Source: Veleropilina oligotropha (taxonomy: Eukaryota). Taken from it: 64,000 bases of DNA. A model generated the notes under the pieces. That model was given only the letters and a program-made list of their open reading frames with translations. It ran no database searches and was not told where the DNA came from. Location of the stretch: positions 310,001 to 374,000 of the forward strand of contig JBEUKZ010000115.1 of NCBI GenBank assembly GCA_048128005.1, given 5' to 3'. The number at the start of each line of letters is the position of its first letter. Position 1 is the stretch's first letter. A program made the translations under genes and the position numbers. This document shows positions 50,728-64,000 of this stretch, piece by piece.

Positions 50728-52109
50728 ATACAGGAGGTCAGTTCCTTTTATCGTTCAAGGCCACAGGATATTTAAAACAGTTTCAATAAGATCGACGGAT
50801 TTCAATGTAAATGTATGTAGTGACTAAACGAGCCCAGATATGTGTTCATAGAATGCGAGTATGTGAAATTTCATAAAAGCATGTGCGAGGGTCTACAATA
50901 TCTGTGTGATGTCGACTCCTTGCTTAGGGTGGCAGGAAGTGGTCAGTGTATGCAGTCCCTATTTGTCTCATATTTTTTATGAATTATTTTCTTCGTCTTT
51001 CGTTTTTATATTTTGCCACGGTGTGACTCACTGACTACAAAGTATTTTTGGCAGTGCAAACGTACACATCGTTCTTCATGTTACAAATTCTTTGGCAAAC
51101 AATATCATCATATTTGCCTTATTTATTAGACTATATATTTATGCCTGCATATTCAATGCATATCTCAATACATGTAATATCATCTGCAGCACCATATGCT
51201 GTCCAGGGATATCAATCATCTCCGTTTATTTATGTTATTTTGGAGTGCCATTATAAATAGCAGAGTATAAAAATAAGTTGAATGTGTATTGAACTGTCAC
51301 CTAGCTGCCCCAAGACAACCGATGGAAATTACTACATCTAGCATTACCAGGTGAACCTAAAACGTCCATAGCCAGGAAGACATTAAAATGTCTCCAAATG
51401 CAGATTGCATGCAAGATTTCAGTGAGATTTAGCTAATATTTTAAAATTATTTAGTATTCTTCACCACATCATTCATCAATAATGGAGTGTAGACATTGAT
51501 TCTATCTGTATGAATAAAGTATATGGTGTTGCGATGTTAAAGTAATTATTGTACTTAGCACTCTGAGAGAGACCACCGTCATGATTGCACTTAAGGATCA
51601 AATACGGATCACCACAAAAATCTAATCTTCATTGAGATCCATCAAGAACTTTTGAGTAATCCTGTTGAAAAACCAGCAAATAATTCCATCAAAAACGTAA
51701 AATCATTAAAGATGGAGGAATATAAATTTTAAATGTGACTATGTTAGAATGCCACTGTACATGTGCCTGAAATAATCCGTAGTATATAATATTATTGATA
51801 TTGTGAAATTAAAGCATTAACTGTAACTATGCAGGAATATGTAAAAGGTGGTTTCGTAGTAGAGTGGTTTATGATGGAGGACCTCAGAGCCAGATGCTAT
51901 AGCATTTGATTCCCGGGTTTGCTGGGTATTTTCTCAAGTATGTCTTCTCCATTAATTGCACACAGAATCAGCCTATCAGATAGAGATGTTACACCAGAGA
52001 CCAAACTAAAATATTATTTAAAGATTGTTAAAATGTAACCATAAAACTAACAGATTCACATCAAATGAAATCGATTAGTGATTATGGAATGGATCAATAT
52101 CCTGTATGT

Positions 52110-52420
52110 CGTCGGTGAATCCGCCATATCCGGTCAGTTAAGGACAACGATGATCGTCGGTGAATCTGCCATCTCCGGTCAGTTAAGGACAACGGTGATC
52201 GTCGGTGAAATCCACCATCTCCGGTCAGTTACGGACAACGGTGATCGTCGGTGAAATCCACCATCTCCGGTCGGTTAAGGACAACGGTGATCGTCAGTGA
52301 ATCCACCATCTCCGGTCGGTTAAGGACAACGGTGATCGTCGGTGAATCCACCATCTCCGGTCGGTTAAGGACAACGGTGATCGTCGGTGAATCCACCATC
52401 TCCAGTCGGTTAAGGACAAC
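52110..52420. repeat. 45-bp minisatellite, ~7 copies
   Basis: Unit TCGGTGAATCCACCATCTCCGGTCGGTTAAGGACAACGGTGATCG. Confidence 0.95.
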
Positions 52421-53088
52421 TGTGATTGGTAACCGAACCAAGAATACCATTGCCCGAACCAAAATTTGAACGCACTCCTGTAGGTCAGAGCAGTGATACC
52501 AACAGTTTCAGAGTTGGCACCCAAGACCGCACGGCTACCGGAGCGGCCTATTTTGGTCATTAAGTTATTTTGCAGGCATATTAATTAAGTGTCCATCATC
52601 TGCATAACACGGTCATCCGCATAACTCAGTCGTGCAAGATCGGTCAGTCTCAGATATTCATTGTTTACGCAGGATAAATGTTAAAAATATTCTATCTTAT
52701 TATAAAGCTTGATGCGTTAATCATTGACCAATATCTTTCAGAATTTTACTGATTACTGGCCCTTGTTTCAAAACCAACAATTGGCAGGCATGTAATATGT
52801 ATCATCTACATTACTTGTCTTTATTTTGAGGTGTGCATACACAATTCATATGTATTGTACTGTATAGACAAGTGCTTGTAATGACTAAATACAAACAAAA
52901 TATCCCATTTGGATTACAGTGGTACTTAATTCTATATATAAACACTTAAGTATTTATTTAAGTATATATTTGGTTATGCGGCCACTTGTCATGAGTGTAG
53001 CACTGTATAACGCCCTGGAGACACACTTGTCCGAGACGTCCCTGAACGACAGCGTATTTCAAGGAGTTGATAATTATATGAAGCTAAA

Positions 53089-56000
53089 TAGTCCAGTCAA
53101 TATACAGTGCGAATGGTACAAACATCAAACTAATTGCAAAATAATTTAGTTCTTGTTTTTTCTATAGACGAAACCAATAAGGATGACATATCAAAAGTCT
53201 TAAGAAATCTTTTTAGGGGAACATTTTGAAAATCGAGTCCGAAGATACCCTCTTTTATAGTAATTTTTGTTTTAAATCGTTGGAAATGTGATAGAAAATG
53301 ATAGTTAAACATCTGACAATATCGTAACAGTTATCCTGTATTTTGATATCAGCAGTCAGTTAATGACATGGTCTTTACACTGAATTCATTTAAAAATATG
53401 CTACATTACCGTATGGGGTGTTTTTAAACAGAACTACTATTTACTCATTACGACAAGAAAACCTAGCAAATTAGTCAATTATCATATACGCGACATAATG
53501 CATGCATTTACTGTTAATAGTATATTAATAATGTGTAGTCATTTTACATGAAGACATTATAAATGTATATGATACATACATGCATATTATGCCATAAGCT
53601 TTGGATCAGTATATAACCAAGGAAGAAAGAGTATAGCTAGGCCGTTATCCTCCCAAATCACAAAGGTAGATAATTTAATATCACAAAAAGCATATTTTGG
53701 ACCCCTGTTGCATATTGGTTTCGTATTCATTATATAGATGAAGATTGTATTTATGTATTATATAATACACTCAGACATGAGCTGATATCACGAATAAGGA
53801 GCCCAACCATAATGAGGGGCGTTATGTATATATCAGCTACACTAGCGGATCCAGGGGGTCGGGACCCCCCCTTTTGAAAATCAAAAATGCATATGTTTGA
53901 ATGATACAAAAACCAAAAGAAATACTTCCACATTTTAGTGATAACGGTTCGTAGATGACTGGTAAGAAATATCGTGTTTGTACTGTCAGAATGCATGTGG
54001 GGGGATTTCACACCGTTAATTGTCAAAATTTTCTTGGGGTCTAGGCGGTTGACGCCCCACCCCCTTCTAGAAAATGAAAAAAGCAGGAGGAAATCTAGTT
54101 TCACACCGTTTCTTTTGACTTTTCTGGAGATACAGACGGAAATGCATATGTTAGATTGTGAATAAAAAAGGAAAAAATTACTCAAACATTTTAGTGAATG
54201 TGGTTCATAAGTGTTGGTAAGAAATACCGCTTTTACCCTGTCAGAGTGAAGGAGAGGAGGTTTCAGGCTGTTGATTGTCAACCGCGCGAACAGTTGATAG
54301 TATATTTGAGGAAAGTTGGACACCCCCCCTTTTCAAAATACTGGATCCGCCCCTGAGCTGCTCGAGGTGTCAGTGTATTTATCTGTTATAAATACCAAGA
54401 AAATATTGCAATTTTCACGATGTAACTCCTTAAATGCACATAAAATAAACCATAATATGTCATGAGTGCGATATGAGAGTCGACCCTTCCATTCAATTGA
54501 GTCCAACACCGCGTCAATTCCTTTGTTGTCAAATGCTATGATCAGTGGCCATAGTTAAATTGCATTGGTTGGACTATTACGTCGAACAATTAATGGAACA
54601 GCGACAGGCCATATGAGTTATATCCTTCATTTATCAAGTTCATGGTATGTATTGACCAGAAAGTAGTCCTTTTTGAACGAATCCCATGTGAATTTTACTT
54701 TTGATGCAATGCATTTCTTGCTATCTCCTTTTCTATATGCAGCAGGTCATCTCTCAATAACACACTGTTTGTCTTCAAATGTTGTTTCTGGCACTGAACA
54801 CTATTCCTTATCGCTTGAGTTAATACTGTATTTTTGTATCTCTGGAAAGTTCTGGTGTGCCAAATTATGTGAAAGCCAAAGGATAACTGCTTAATTCAAA
54901 GGAAAATAATAATTATTGTGAATTGTCTTTGAGTAAACCATTGACTGCTGTCAGCAATCTCTGGAAAAGAAGCTTTGGATTCACATGGATAGGTTCACCA
55001 TCTAGATTATTGCATCTAAAGTCATCACTACGCGTGCTTGATTTAAATGATATGTTGCTTTATAGTTGTAAAATGCAGTAGCGGCTGTTATGTCATCTCC
55101 TATGGTCGAATTTGTTTCATTCCAGCATGTTGCATCAATTAAAATTGGTGGATAATCATCTGTCATATCTGTTTCTGGGATATGATGGTTTGAAGGTTCA
55201 TGGTGTGATCATCGCGTTGGGCATTATGAACAAGCCCATGGCATGCCCCCTGATTGCCATCTACACCATCTTGCAGCGATCTCCAATGCATATGACTGGT
55301 CACTTCGATTTCTGTTGTATGGCATATGATCTACTCCTTGAACTGCTTCATTTAGGTGAGCTGTCATCTAGGATTAACGCCATTGGGGAGTAAGTCAGTG
55401 ATAAGATGAGACCAGCGAAAACATTTGCAACAGCAACCGTAAACATGCACATGCGGCCGATGCAACACAGGAATCCGTCCAGTCTTAGTTAAAATGACCG
55501 GAAATCAGGTTTTGACCATTTGGTAAAACGTGATTACTGGCGTTTGTGTCATATTATTTGGTTAAACGACAAACTGAGAATCTTATCGGTCAAGATTGTA
55601 ACTGAAGACAGATCATTGTATTTGCCTTTAAACATCTGCATCATTCTGAAATATCCTGGTTTTAATATATGATAGGTAAAATAATATTTGACATTATATC
55701 TGCGTTCGTAATTAGTAGGTTTTTTATAAGTCATGACTGGGAATGTATTGCCAATAATAATTATTGTTTTAAATAAATCCAAGACAATATTTCTTACAGA
55801 GAAGAGATCATCTGTTGCGACAGAAGTTCGTGAGAATGATAGATCTAGCTACTTCTCCACCAATAATTCCCATTCCGTCAAACATACTTCGTCCATCCAA
55901 GGTTCTTAGGTTGTGGTCCACGCTATCAACTATAATTGAAGAAATATACCAGCATCGGTATCAGCAATTTCTGTAGCATGAGATGTAGATGCACTGGCTT

Positions 56001-57391
56001 CAAATAATTAACAATCTCCGTTACGAAAAGGATGAGTAAAATCCTAGACCATTAAGCTTGTAAATTAGAAATTTCGAACCAAAATAAAGGTGCAATTATT
56101 GGACCCCAATTCCTATCTGGAGATGTGTGACATCATCCGTGGTCGAGTTCCTTTGAATATTTGTTTGACTAATAGATTCAATTTTCGTATGAGACTTTTT
56201 CACAATAGGTTTCACAAGTACGCAGAGAAATATTTCCATATTCTTATTATTTGATGATACACATGTTTGATATCTGAACAATAGAACTCCTAGGACCCGT
56301 CGCTCCTTTATTCCAAGTTATAGCACAGACAATTGGAATAACTCTGGTCGCGATTAATAACTTAACAAAGCGACAGACTCATTTGCATGGACGTGCCCAT
56401 GCACATTCTGATAACGGTAACTGGGGCATTATATCGACTATCCCATGTGTTTGAAGGGATTACACATTGACATTTACAATATAAAATATTAGTATGCATG
56501 ACAGATAACCTCTGACACCCTCGCGCGATATCCACATAATTTCTAGGATTGCAATGTATTATATACAGTATTACATAATAAATAATTCATAATCATAAAT
56601 ACGTCAGAATAAAGTAATTATAAAATATATCATATACTGTATTTTTATTTGTGTTTGGTAATTTCTTTTATATATTCAGTTTTGTATCCGATTTGTTGGA
56701 AAATGTCGTCGTAAATGTTAGAATCTAAGAAAATCGAGGAATGTTTCATTGAAATTATAATACTACGTCTATCATACGTTTGCATACAGAGCGGTACTAT
56801 TTTTCGCCACGTCATTGGCGTGCTTTGTCAGCAATGCATTCGTTTCCGTATCTCATTCTGACCATTGCATTAACATGAGCGAACATTAGATCATCCACTT
56901 ACTTGACATTAATTATCACTAAAGTTTCCAAATTTCAATGTATTATTTGTAATTAGCGTATATTGGGGATACAAGTTGTCGTAACAACAACGATCGAGAT
57001 TCACTGCGGGCAAAAGTTGACACCAACCTTAAGTATTTTTATACTGTCAAGTCATTACCGTTGGTATGGTATTATATAACCCAATTTATAAACAATTTAA
57101 ATGTGTAGGTACGTTTTTATAAACATAGAATCATGTCACGACGATTATCTTTAACGAAAACACATGCCAAAGTGAGAGTGACCAGCGGATTTCTCCTCGT
57201 ACTGTGGCCCGTAACTGACAACTAAAAATACGGGAAAATTAAAATGTGTAGTGGTCAAATATTTAATGTTCCCCTTTATAAATTTCTTATGACTTTTAGT
57301 ATGTTGTTTAGTAAGTTATTCCAATATAAAATTGTTATAAATAAATTCTTTTGCAATTAGTTTGATGTTAAACCGTAGATTGACTGGACTA
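53089..57391 (-). mobile_element. Decayed Academ-like DNA transposon, copy 2 (inverted relative to copy 1)
   Basis: End-to-end reverse-complement similarity to 9934-14167; TAGTCCAGTCAA...TTGACTGGACTA termini; TSD AAA (53086-53088, 57392-57394). Confidence 0.85.
53840..54355. mobile_element. MITE nested in Academ copy 2
   Basis: CACTAGCGGATCCAG / CTGGATCCGCCCCTG termini, at the same internal site as in copy 1. Confidence 0.7.
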
Positions 57392-57430
57392 AAAGCCAGA
57401 GGTTATGTGATCTGGGCTAATAAACGGTCA

Positions 57431-58002
57431 AATAGATACGGTTATACCGTGCACTGAATAGATACGGTTATACCATGCACTGAATAGATACGGTTATACC
57501 GTGCACTGAATAGATACGGTTATACCATGCACTGAATAGCTACGGTTATACCATGCACTGAATAGATACGGTTATACCGTGCACTGAATAGATACGGTTA
57601 TACCGTGCACTGAATAGATACGGTTATACCATGCACTGAATAGATACGGTTATACCATGCACTGAATAGATACGGTTATACCATGCACTGAATAGATACG
57701 GTTATACCATGCACTGAATAGATACGGTTATACCATGCACTGAATAGATACGGTTATACCATGCACTGAATAGATACGGTTATACCATGCACTGAATAGC
57801 TACGGTTATACCATGCACTGAATAGATACGGTTATACCGTGCACTGAATAGATACGGTTATACCGTGCACTGAATAGATACGGTTATACCGTGCACTGAA
57901 TAGATACGGTTATACCGTGCACTGAATAGATACGGTTATACCGTGCACTGAATAGATACGGTTATACCGTGCACTGAATAGATACGGTTATACCATGCAC
58001 TG
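57431..58002. repeat. 26-bp minisatellite, ~22 copies
   Basis: Unit GAATAGATACGGTTATACC(G/A)TGCACT. Confidence 0.97.
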
Positions 58003-58179
58003 CATGTAAGGAAGCTCAAATATGAATCTAATGCATCTATTTTCATGCGCAAAATGTAAGCTTTTTCCAGTTCTGAATACATTTGCACTGGTTGTCAATG
58101 GTTCCATAGTGTAATAGATTAATAGAAATAACATAAAATAAAAGTGCTACTATTTTCATGCGTTCCTCTTTCTAGTTAC

Positions 58180-58955
58180 GAGTCAACTTGCATTGGTTGT
58201 CCATGGTTATGAGTTAACGTGCGTTGGTTGTCCATGGTTATGAATGAGTTAACTTGCATTGGTTGTCCATGGTTATGAGTTAACTTGCATTGGTTGTCCA
58301 TGGTTATGAGTTAACTTGCATTGGTTGTCCATGGTTATGAGTTAACTTGCATTGGTTGTCCATGGTTATGAGTTAACTTGCATTGGTTGTCCATGGTTAT
58401 GAGTTAACTTGCATTGGTTGTCCATGGTTATGAGTTAACTTGCATTGGTTGTCCATGGTTATGAGATAACTTGCATTGGTTGTCCATGGTTATGAGTTAA
58501 CTTGCATTGGTTGTCCATGGTTATGAGTTAACTTGCATTGGTTGTCCATGGTTATGAGTTAACTTGCATTGGTTGTCCATGGTTATGAGTTAACTTGCAT
58601 TGGTTGTCCATGGTTATGAGTTAACTTGCATTGGTTGTCCATGGTTATGAGTTAACTTGCATTGGTTGTCCATGGTTATGAGTTAACTTGCATTGGTTGT
58701 CCATGGTTATGAGTTAACTTGCATTGGTTGTCCATGGTTATGAGTTAACTTGCATTGGTTGTCCATGGTTAAGAGTTAACTTGCATTGGTTGTCCATGGT
58801 TATGAGTTAACTTGCATTGGTTGTCCATGGTTATGAGTTAACTTGCATTTGTTGTCCATGGTTATGAGTTAACTTGCATTGGTTGTCCATGGTTATGAGT
58901 TAACTTGCATTGGTTGTCCATGGTTATGAGTTAACTTGCATTGGTTGTCCATGGT
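58180..58955. repeat. 31-bp minisatellite, ~25 copies
   Basis: Unit GAGTTAACTTGCATTGGTTGTCCATGGTTAT. Confidence 0.97.
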
Positions 58956-60754
58956 TCCGTAGTGTAATAGAACTAAAATATAATGTACAACTATTTTCAG
59001 GCGAGGAAGGCAAATTTTTCCAGTTCTGAATGCACGTGCACTGGTTGCTTATGGTTCCATATTGCAATTAAGTTCTATTGACCTTTGAGGACAACACTTT
59101 ATTGGTCATGATGGTCCAAAACTGCTGAAACAGTTCGGCTTCACAGGGCGTTTTATGCCCATCCTCGCATTATTCAAGGTCATATCCTAACATGGCCATG
59201 GCCATGGCTTGTTACTAGGACATTAACTCAAATTTAAACTGCATTGGTTTGGAGGGAAATCCCATTGTACAGAAAATAACGAAGTGTTTGAAATAAGTAT
59301 TGTCATCTGTCTTTTATATATTAGTGTACATTTGTGATTACACATAACAAATTCTTCAAATTGCCTATAATAAGGGCTGCCAGTGGATACAGTTGTGGCT
59401 CACATCACACCTTCAGTGTGCATTATGTACGAGTCTTATTAAAAAGAAAGGAGAGTCTGCAGGACAAGCCTATTATTTAAATATGAATTGGCAAGATAAC
59501 ATCAAACCAACTTAGAAGCTCATTAAATTTTCTCCTCACTAATTAATTCTTGTTCTCAAATCAAAAATATATGAAATATCAAAATATATGTTCATTACGT
59601 AATATTTGTATTATTAATGATTATATTAAAAAATATGCATATGATACAAAGATTAAACCTTATAATCACTCCTGTCCTGTTACGGGTATCGCAAATGAAA
59701 GAGTTTACAGAGTGCCGTCTTTGGCAATAAGTGGCGAGAAATGTGGCTTTCTCATTGGTCGTGAAACGAAATGGGCCTCTAAGTATCATTGATTAATATC
59801 GGCTGCAATTATAAAAATGCCCTACTTATTGTACAATAACCAGTATTATGTATAAACATTCCTATATCATAACATTTACATCTATACCTCTTTATAAATG
59901 TACAGTATATATTCTTCTTTCTTTTCAATTCCATCATACATACACAGTATCAAGCTAATTAGTAATTATCTCACTTCATCATAGCATATTATGTAATTTT
60001 TTTGTATATAATACGCAAAATCTGTTGATGCTCTGAATCTGATATTTCAGCAACTTTTTTTAATTATTTGGAGTTTGGCAAAGGATATTATTGAGTCTGC
60101 TGAAACTAGACAATCCTGTTTTCGAGACAGTAAATATTATTGTTTACTCTGTTTGTTTGAAGTCTCCAGGAGTATTTGCACACTGATTCTCTTCCCTTTG
60201 ATGGCATTCTTTATTGTCTGACCTAAAGAAGATTTTTTATATGTTGCAGACCTGGGGATGAAATTTGTGCACTGGTTGACCTCATTATTGACAATCAATG
60301 ACCTTCAAATATTTTGCCTTAATTGAGAGTCAATTGGTCTGAAGTTCGTTTTTCGTTTCTGCAAAAATGTCATATTGTGGTACATACTGATTAAATTGCA
60401 ACTTTTCAATATTGTTAATCAGGCTGTGATTATGTCAGGTTGTGAGAAAATCGGGTGTGCATATATCATGGTACGTGGGGGTAAGTGAGGGTGAAAATCA
60501 TAATATCAAGGTAAAGGTATATGTCAGGTGGGAATATGTCCGGTGCTCCTGCACAAGTGGTCCAATATGATTGGGACGAACAAGTGAATATGTTGATGAA
60601 TATGTGACGCCAGAATTTGTATAGTAAGTCTTAAAGCGATTTAAACATCTTAACCATTTGGCCATCACAATGTCTCGCAATTATAATGTTGCCGTCTGCC
60701 AAGAGATGTACATCTTTATGCGACAATGTTGTCTTTAGACTTTAGTATATGACA

Positions 60755-61068
60755 GAATGCCGGATATCAATACACTGTGTGGTGGTTCATGAATGCCGGA
60801 TATCAATACACTGTGTGGTGGTTCATGAATGCCGGATATCAATACACTGTGTGGTGATTCATGAATGCCGGACAACAATACACTGTGTGGTGGTTCATGA
60901 ATGCCGGACATCAATACACTGTGTGGTGGTTCATGAATGCCGGATATCAATACACTGTGTGGTGGTTCATGAATGCCGGATATCAATACACTGTGTGGTG
61001 GTTCATGAATGCCGGATATCAATACACTGTGTGGTGGTTCATGAATGCCGGACAACAATACACTGTGG
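60755..61068. repeat. 42-bp minisatellite, ~7 copies
   Basis: Unit GAATGCCGGATATCAATACACTGTGTGGTGGTTCAT-like. Confidence 0.9.
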
Positions 61069-61099
61069 TACGTTCTTCTCCCCAAATTCTCATCTATAA

Positions 61100-61959
61100 T
61101 TATGCCCCTGGCTCGACTTTAGTCGGCCAAGGGGCATTATGCTTTTGGTCCGTCAGTAACAGATTGAACTCACTTATCTTTTTCGATGTTAATCATGAGC
61201 GATCTCTTTCAAACTTAATATGCTATTAGATATAAGTATGAACTATCATGAGTTCGAATATTGAATGAAAATATTTATTTTTTACAACATTTCCTTACGT
61301 TTTTGAACATAGTCTCTGGAGCTTCATTTCTGATCTCATGCTATAAGAAACTCACCTACCTTTTTCGATGTTAATGAATAGCCAGCCACCTTCTTCAAAC
61401 TTCATAAGCTATTTTATATAAGTATGAACTATCATGAGTTCGAATGTTGAATGAAAATATTTATTTTTTACTACATTTTTTACGTTTTTGAACATAGTCT
61501 CTGGAGCTACATTTCTGATCTCATGATAGAAGAAACTCACCTACCTTTTTCGATGTTAATCAATATCCACCTTCTTCAAACTTCATATGCTATTATATAT
61601 GGCGCTTTGTGCACACATTTCTTATGTGTGGGAAAGCGCAGATAAATCTTCACATTATTATATATAAGTATGATCTATAATGAGTTTGAATATGGAATGA
61701 AAATATGTATATGTAATTTAGTAATGTAGCGGAATCAGCATCTTGAATTAACAAGGTTTCGCAAGTTTTAGGATGCCTGTGCAAATGCTTTGTGCACTTT
61801 ATACAAGTTTACGGTCAGCAGAATGATAGAAAAACGACATCATCGTTTCCTTTTATAATGTTTAAGAACAGATATAGTGATGAAGCATCAATGGCTTGAA
61901 CATATAGGGGGGGGGGGGGGGGCATCTGCAGGCCAGTGTCGGTTGACACATTTCTAGTT
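61100..61959 (+). mobile_element. HINE family B
   Basis: ATGCCCCTGG..CAAGGGGCAT start, internal tandem units, GGGGCAT subTIR, TGTCGGTTGACA hairpin and CTAGTT end. Confidence 0.8.
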
Positions 61960-63314
61960 ATGAGCATGTCTTCACCCTTGCCCAGTTTGTTCTTTGGAGC
62001 AGTTGGTCAGATATTTTTCTAGTAAAATTATGCCAGAAAAGCAAAGTTTAGCTGCAGGCGCCACAGATAATAGCTATTATTTAATTAAAACAGTTACCAA
62101 TAACAAAACCCTGCTTAGTGATCACTGATGATATCTGCACAACCTGCTATTTCATTAATTATTTATGTGCAATAAAATATGCCCAAAATATTTGACGCCA
62201 GTAGTATAATGGCACATAAACCTTTTATGGGGGGCGTATGATTTCACCAGCCTTGATGTTGTCCATGCACTTGCTCTACTGACCCCTGACGCCTAGTTAA
62301 AGCATGCAGCCTGTCACTGGGTCATGGTTTTCATCTGCCAATGCTAGGCATATGTGAAAAAATCCCCTTCGTGCCCCTCCATCTGCTGGCTGAGGTGCAT
62401 GGCCCAGTGACCTACATTCCTGAAACCTCATTGCTGCTGCTGTTGGTGCACCAGACATGATGCTGAGAGAGGCTGGCGATGGGGGTTAAATGATGCTTTG
62501 CTGAATGTCATCAATATAAATTACCACAGACCACCCCAGGAGGGTTAGCACAGGTCTGTTTATCTGAATGTCTAATAAGTTATAGAATAAAAGAATAAAT
62601 CAATAATTTTTTGTCATGAATGTGATGAAACCAGTTCAATTTTCAGAAACTGTTTATATGGCTCTGACTTAAAATTCGCTGCTGATTGTAAGAATAATTC
62701 CATGAATTTTAATCATGATAAAAATGACCTACTGTAATGTAATTATGTTGTTTAACATACCGGTAACGTGAAATGGTACCGTCCCAATCGACCTGCATCC
62801 TGAGATTTTGAAAGTCATGATTCGGTCGTCGATCAATCCATTTAAGAGATACATGCATGTACACTTTGTACAGGGTGTATGGTACACCCTGTTATCAAAG
62901 TCCTGTTGTGTAAATTGTTGTACTAAACTAGAAACTTGCTTCCCGACACTGCAGATATTCAGATATTTATGTAAGTCTGTACTTCGTCACCAAATATGTT
63001 AATTTAAAGACAATGACATTGTTAGATTATTTCCCTTCATGCAGCGCTTCGTGAAATTTCATTCAATATGATAAAATCAATTAAGTGTATGATGATTACA
63101 CCCAATTTCTTACAAATGATCATAAATGTACGACCATATTTTGTCTATTCGTCGGTGTAATTACCCTCTATCAAAAGTTCTGGTATAGTACGTATATCTA
63201 AGAAGTTGTGAGGTGATCATCATGGTCATACTTAATGCAGTTTTACCTTCTTGGTTATACAGTACCTATGAATATTTACATGTTGGTGTTACAATTACAC
63301 ACACTATATGCCAC

Positions 63315-64000
63315 TTTTTATGCCGCCACAAGTTGAATTTATTGTGGGGGAATTTAGATTTACCCTTGTCCGTCCCGTCCCGAAAACCAGTATTGCGTGC
63401 AAGTAACTTCATTCTGCTATAACTTCCATCTGCCTTTATGGATTGACTTGATACTTCATACACTTGCTTATCATCATTCAAATTCGCTTCTGCGACCCAC
63501 CCATGTCACACCTATGCCCAAGGTCAAGGTCAAATGACTTAGCTCTTCGGACCAGTATTTGCGTGCGAGTAACTCCATTCTGTTATGACTTCCATCTGCC
63601 TTCATGGATTGACTTGATACTTCATACACTTGCTTATCATCATTCATACTTCGCTTCTGCGACCCACCCATGTCGCCCCTAAGCCCAAGGTCAAGGTCAT
63701 ATGACTAATTCAAAAGCTCTTTGGAACAGTATATGTGTGCATGAGTAACTTCATTCTGCTATAACTTCCATCTGCCATCATGGATTGGCTTGATACTTCA
63801 TAGACACTTGCTTATCATTATCATCATTCATACTTCCCTTTTGCGACCCACCCATGTCGCCCCTATGCCCAAGGTCAAGATCAAATAATTTAACTTTTCG
63901 GACCAGTATTTGCATGCAAGTAACTCCATTCTGCTACATGTATAACTTCCATCTGCCCTCATGGATTGACTTGATAGATCATATATACTTATCATCATTC
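63315..64000 (+). mobile_element. HINE with a tandem array, running off the window end
   Basis: TTTTTATGCC start, 5' hairpin, GTCC repeats and ~170-190-bp units containing CAAGGTCAAGGTCA. Confidence 0.7.

Noticed and set aside
9931..57394. One giant composite transposon bounded by 4-kb inverted repeats
   Set aside because: Each repeat has its own TIRs and TSD; the outer flanks (AAT, AAA) do not match.

Overview
AT-rich eukaryotic genomic DNA; the repeat families suggest a lophotrochozoan, probably a mollusc (inference). Most of the window looks intronic or intergenic and is dense in transposons. These include an intact Tc1 (DD34E) element nested in a 5'-truncated L2/CR1-group LINE, two opposite-orientation ~4.3 kb decayed Academ-like DNA transposons with separate 3-bp TSDs, many Helentron-type non-autonomous elements (HINEs), Harbinger- and Kolobok-like MITEs, tRNA-derived SINE relics and about 15 minisatellites. 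The only convincing host ORF is an uncharacterised 189-aa protein on the minus strand (34283-34852), plus one or two candidate + strand exons. The main observation is that the unique sequence between the TEs is not random. Read as a + strand RNA, it forms long colinear series of nested 8-18 bp helices whose imperfect pairs are mostly G-U. These build multi-kb rod-like domains (about 1.8-18.0 kb, 18.4-23.6 kb, 23.9-24.8 kb and smaller ones to about 62.5 kb), and the pairing register continues across TE insertions. All helices were found by eye and have not been tested statistically.
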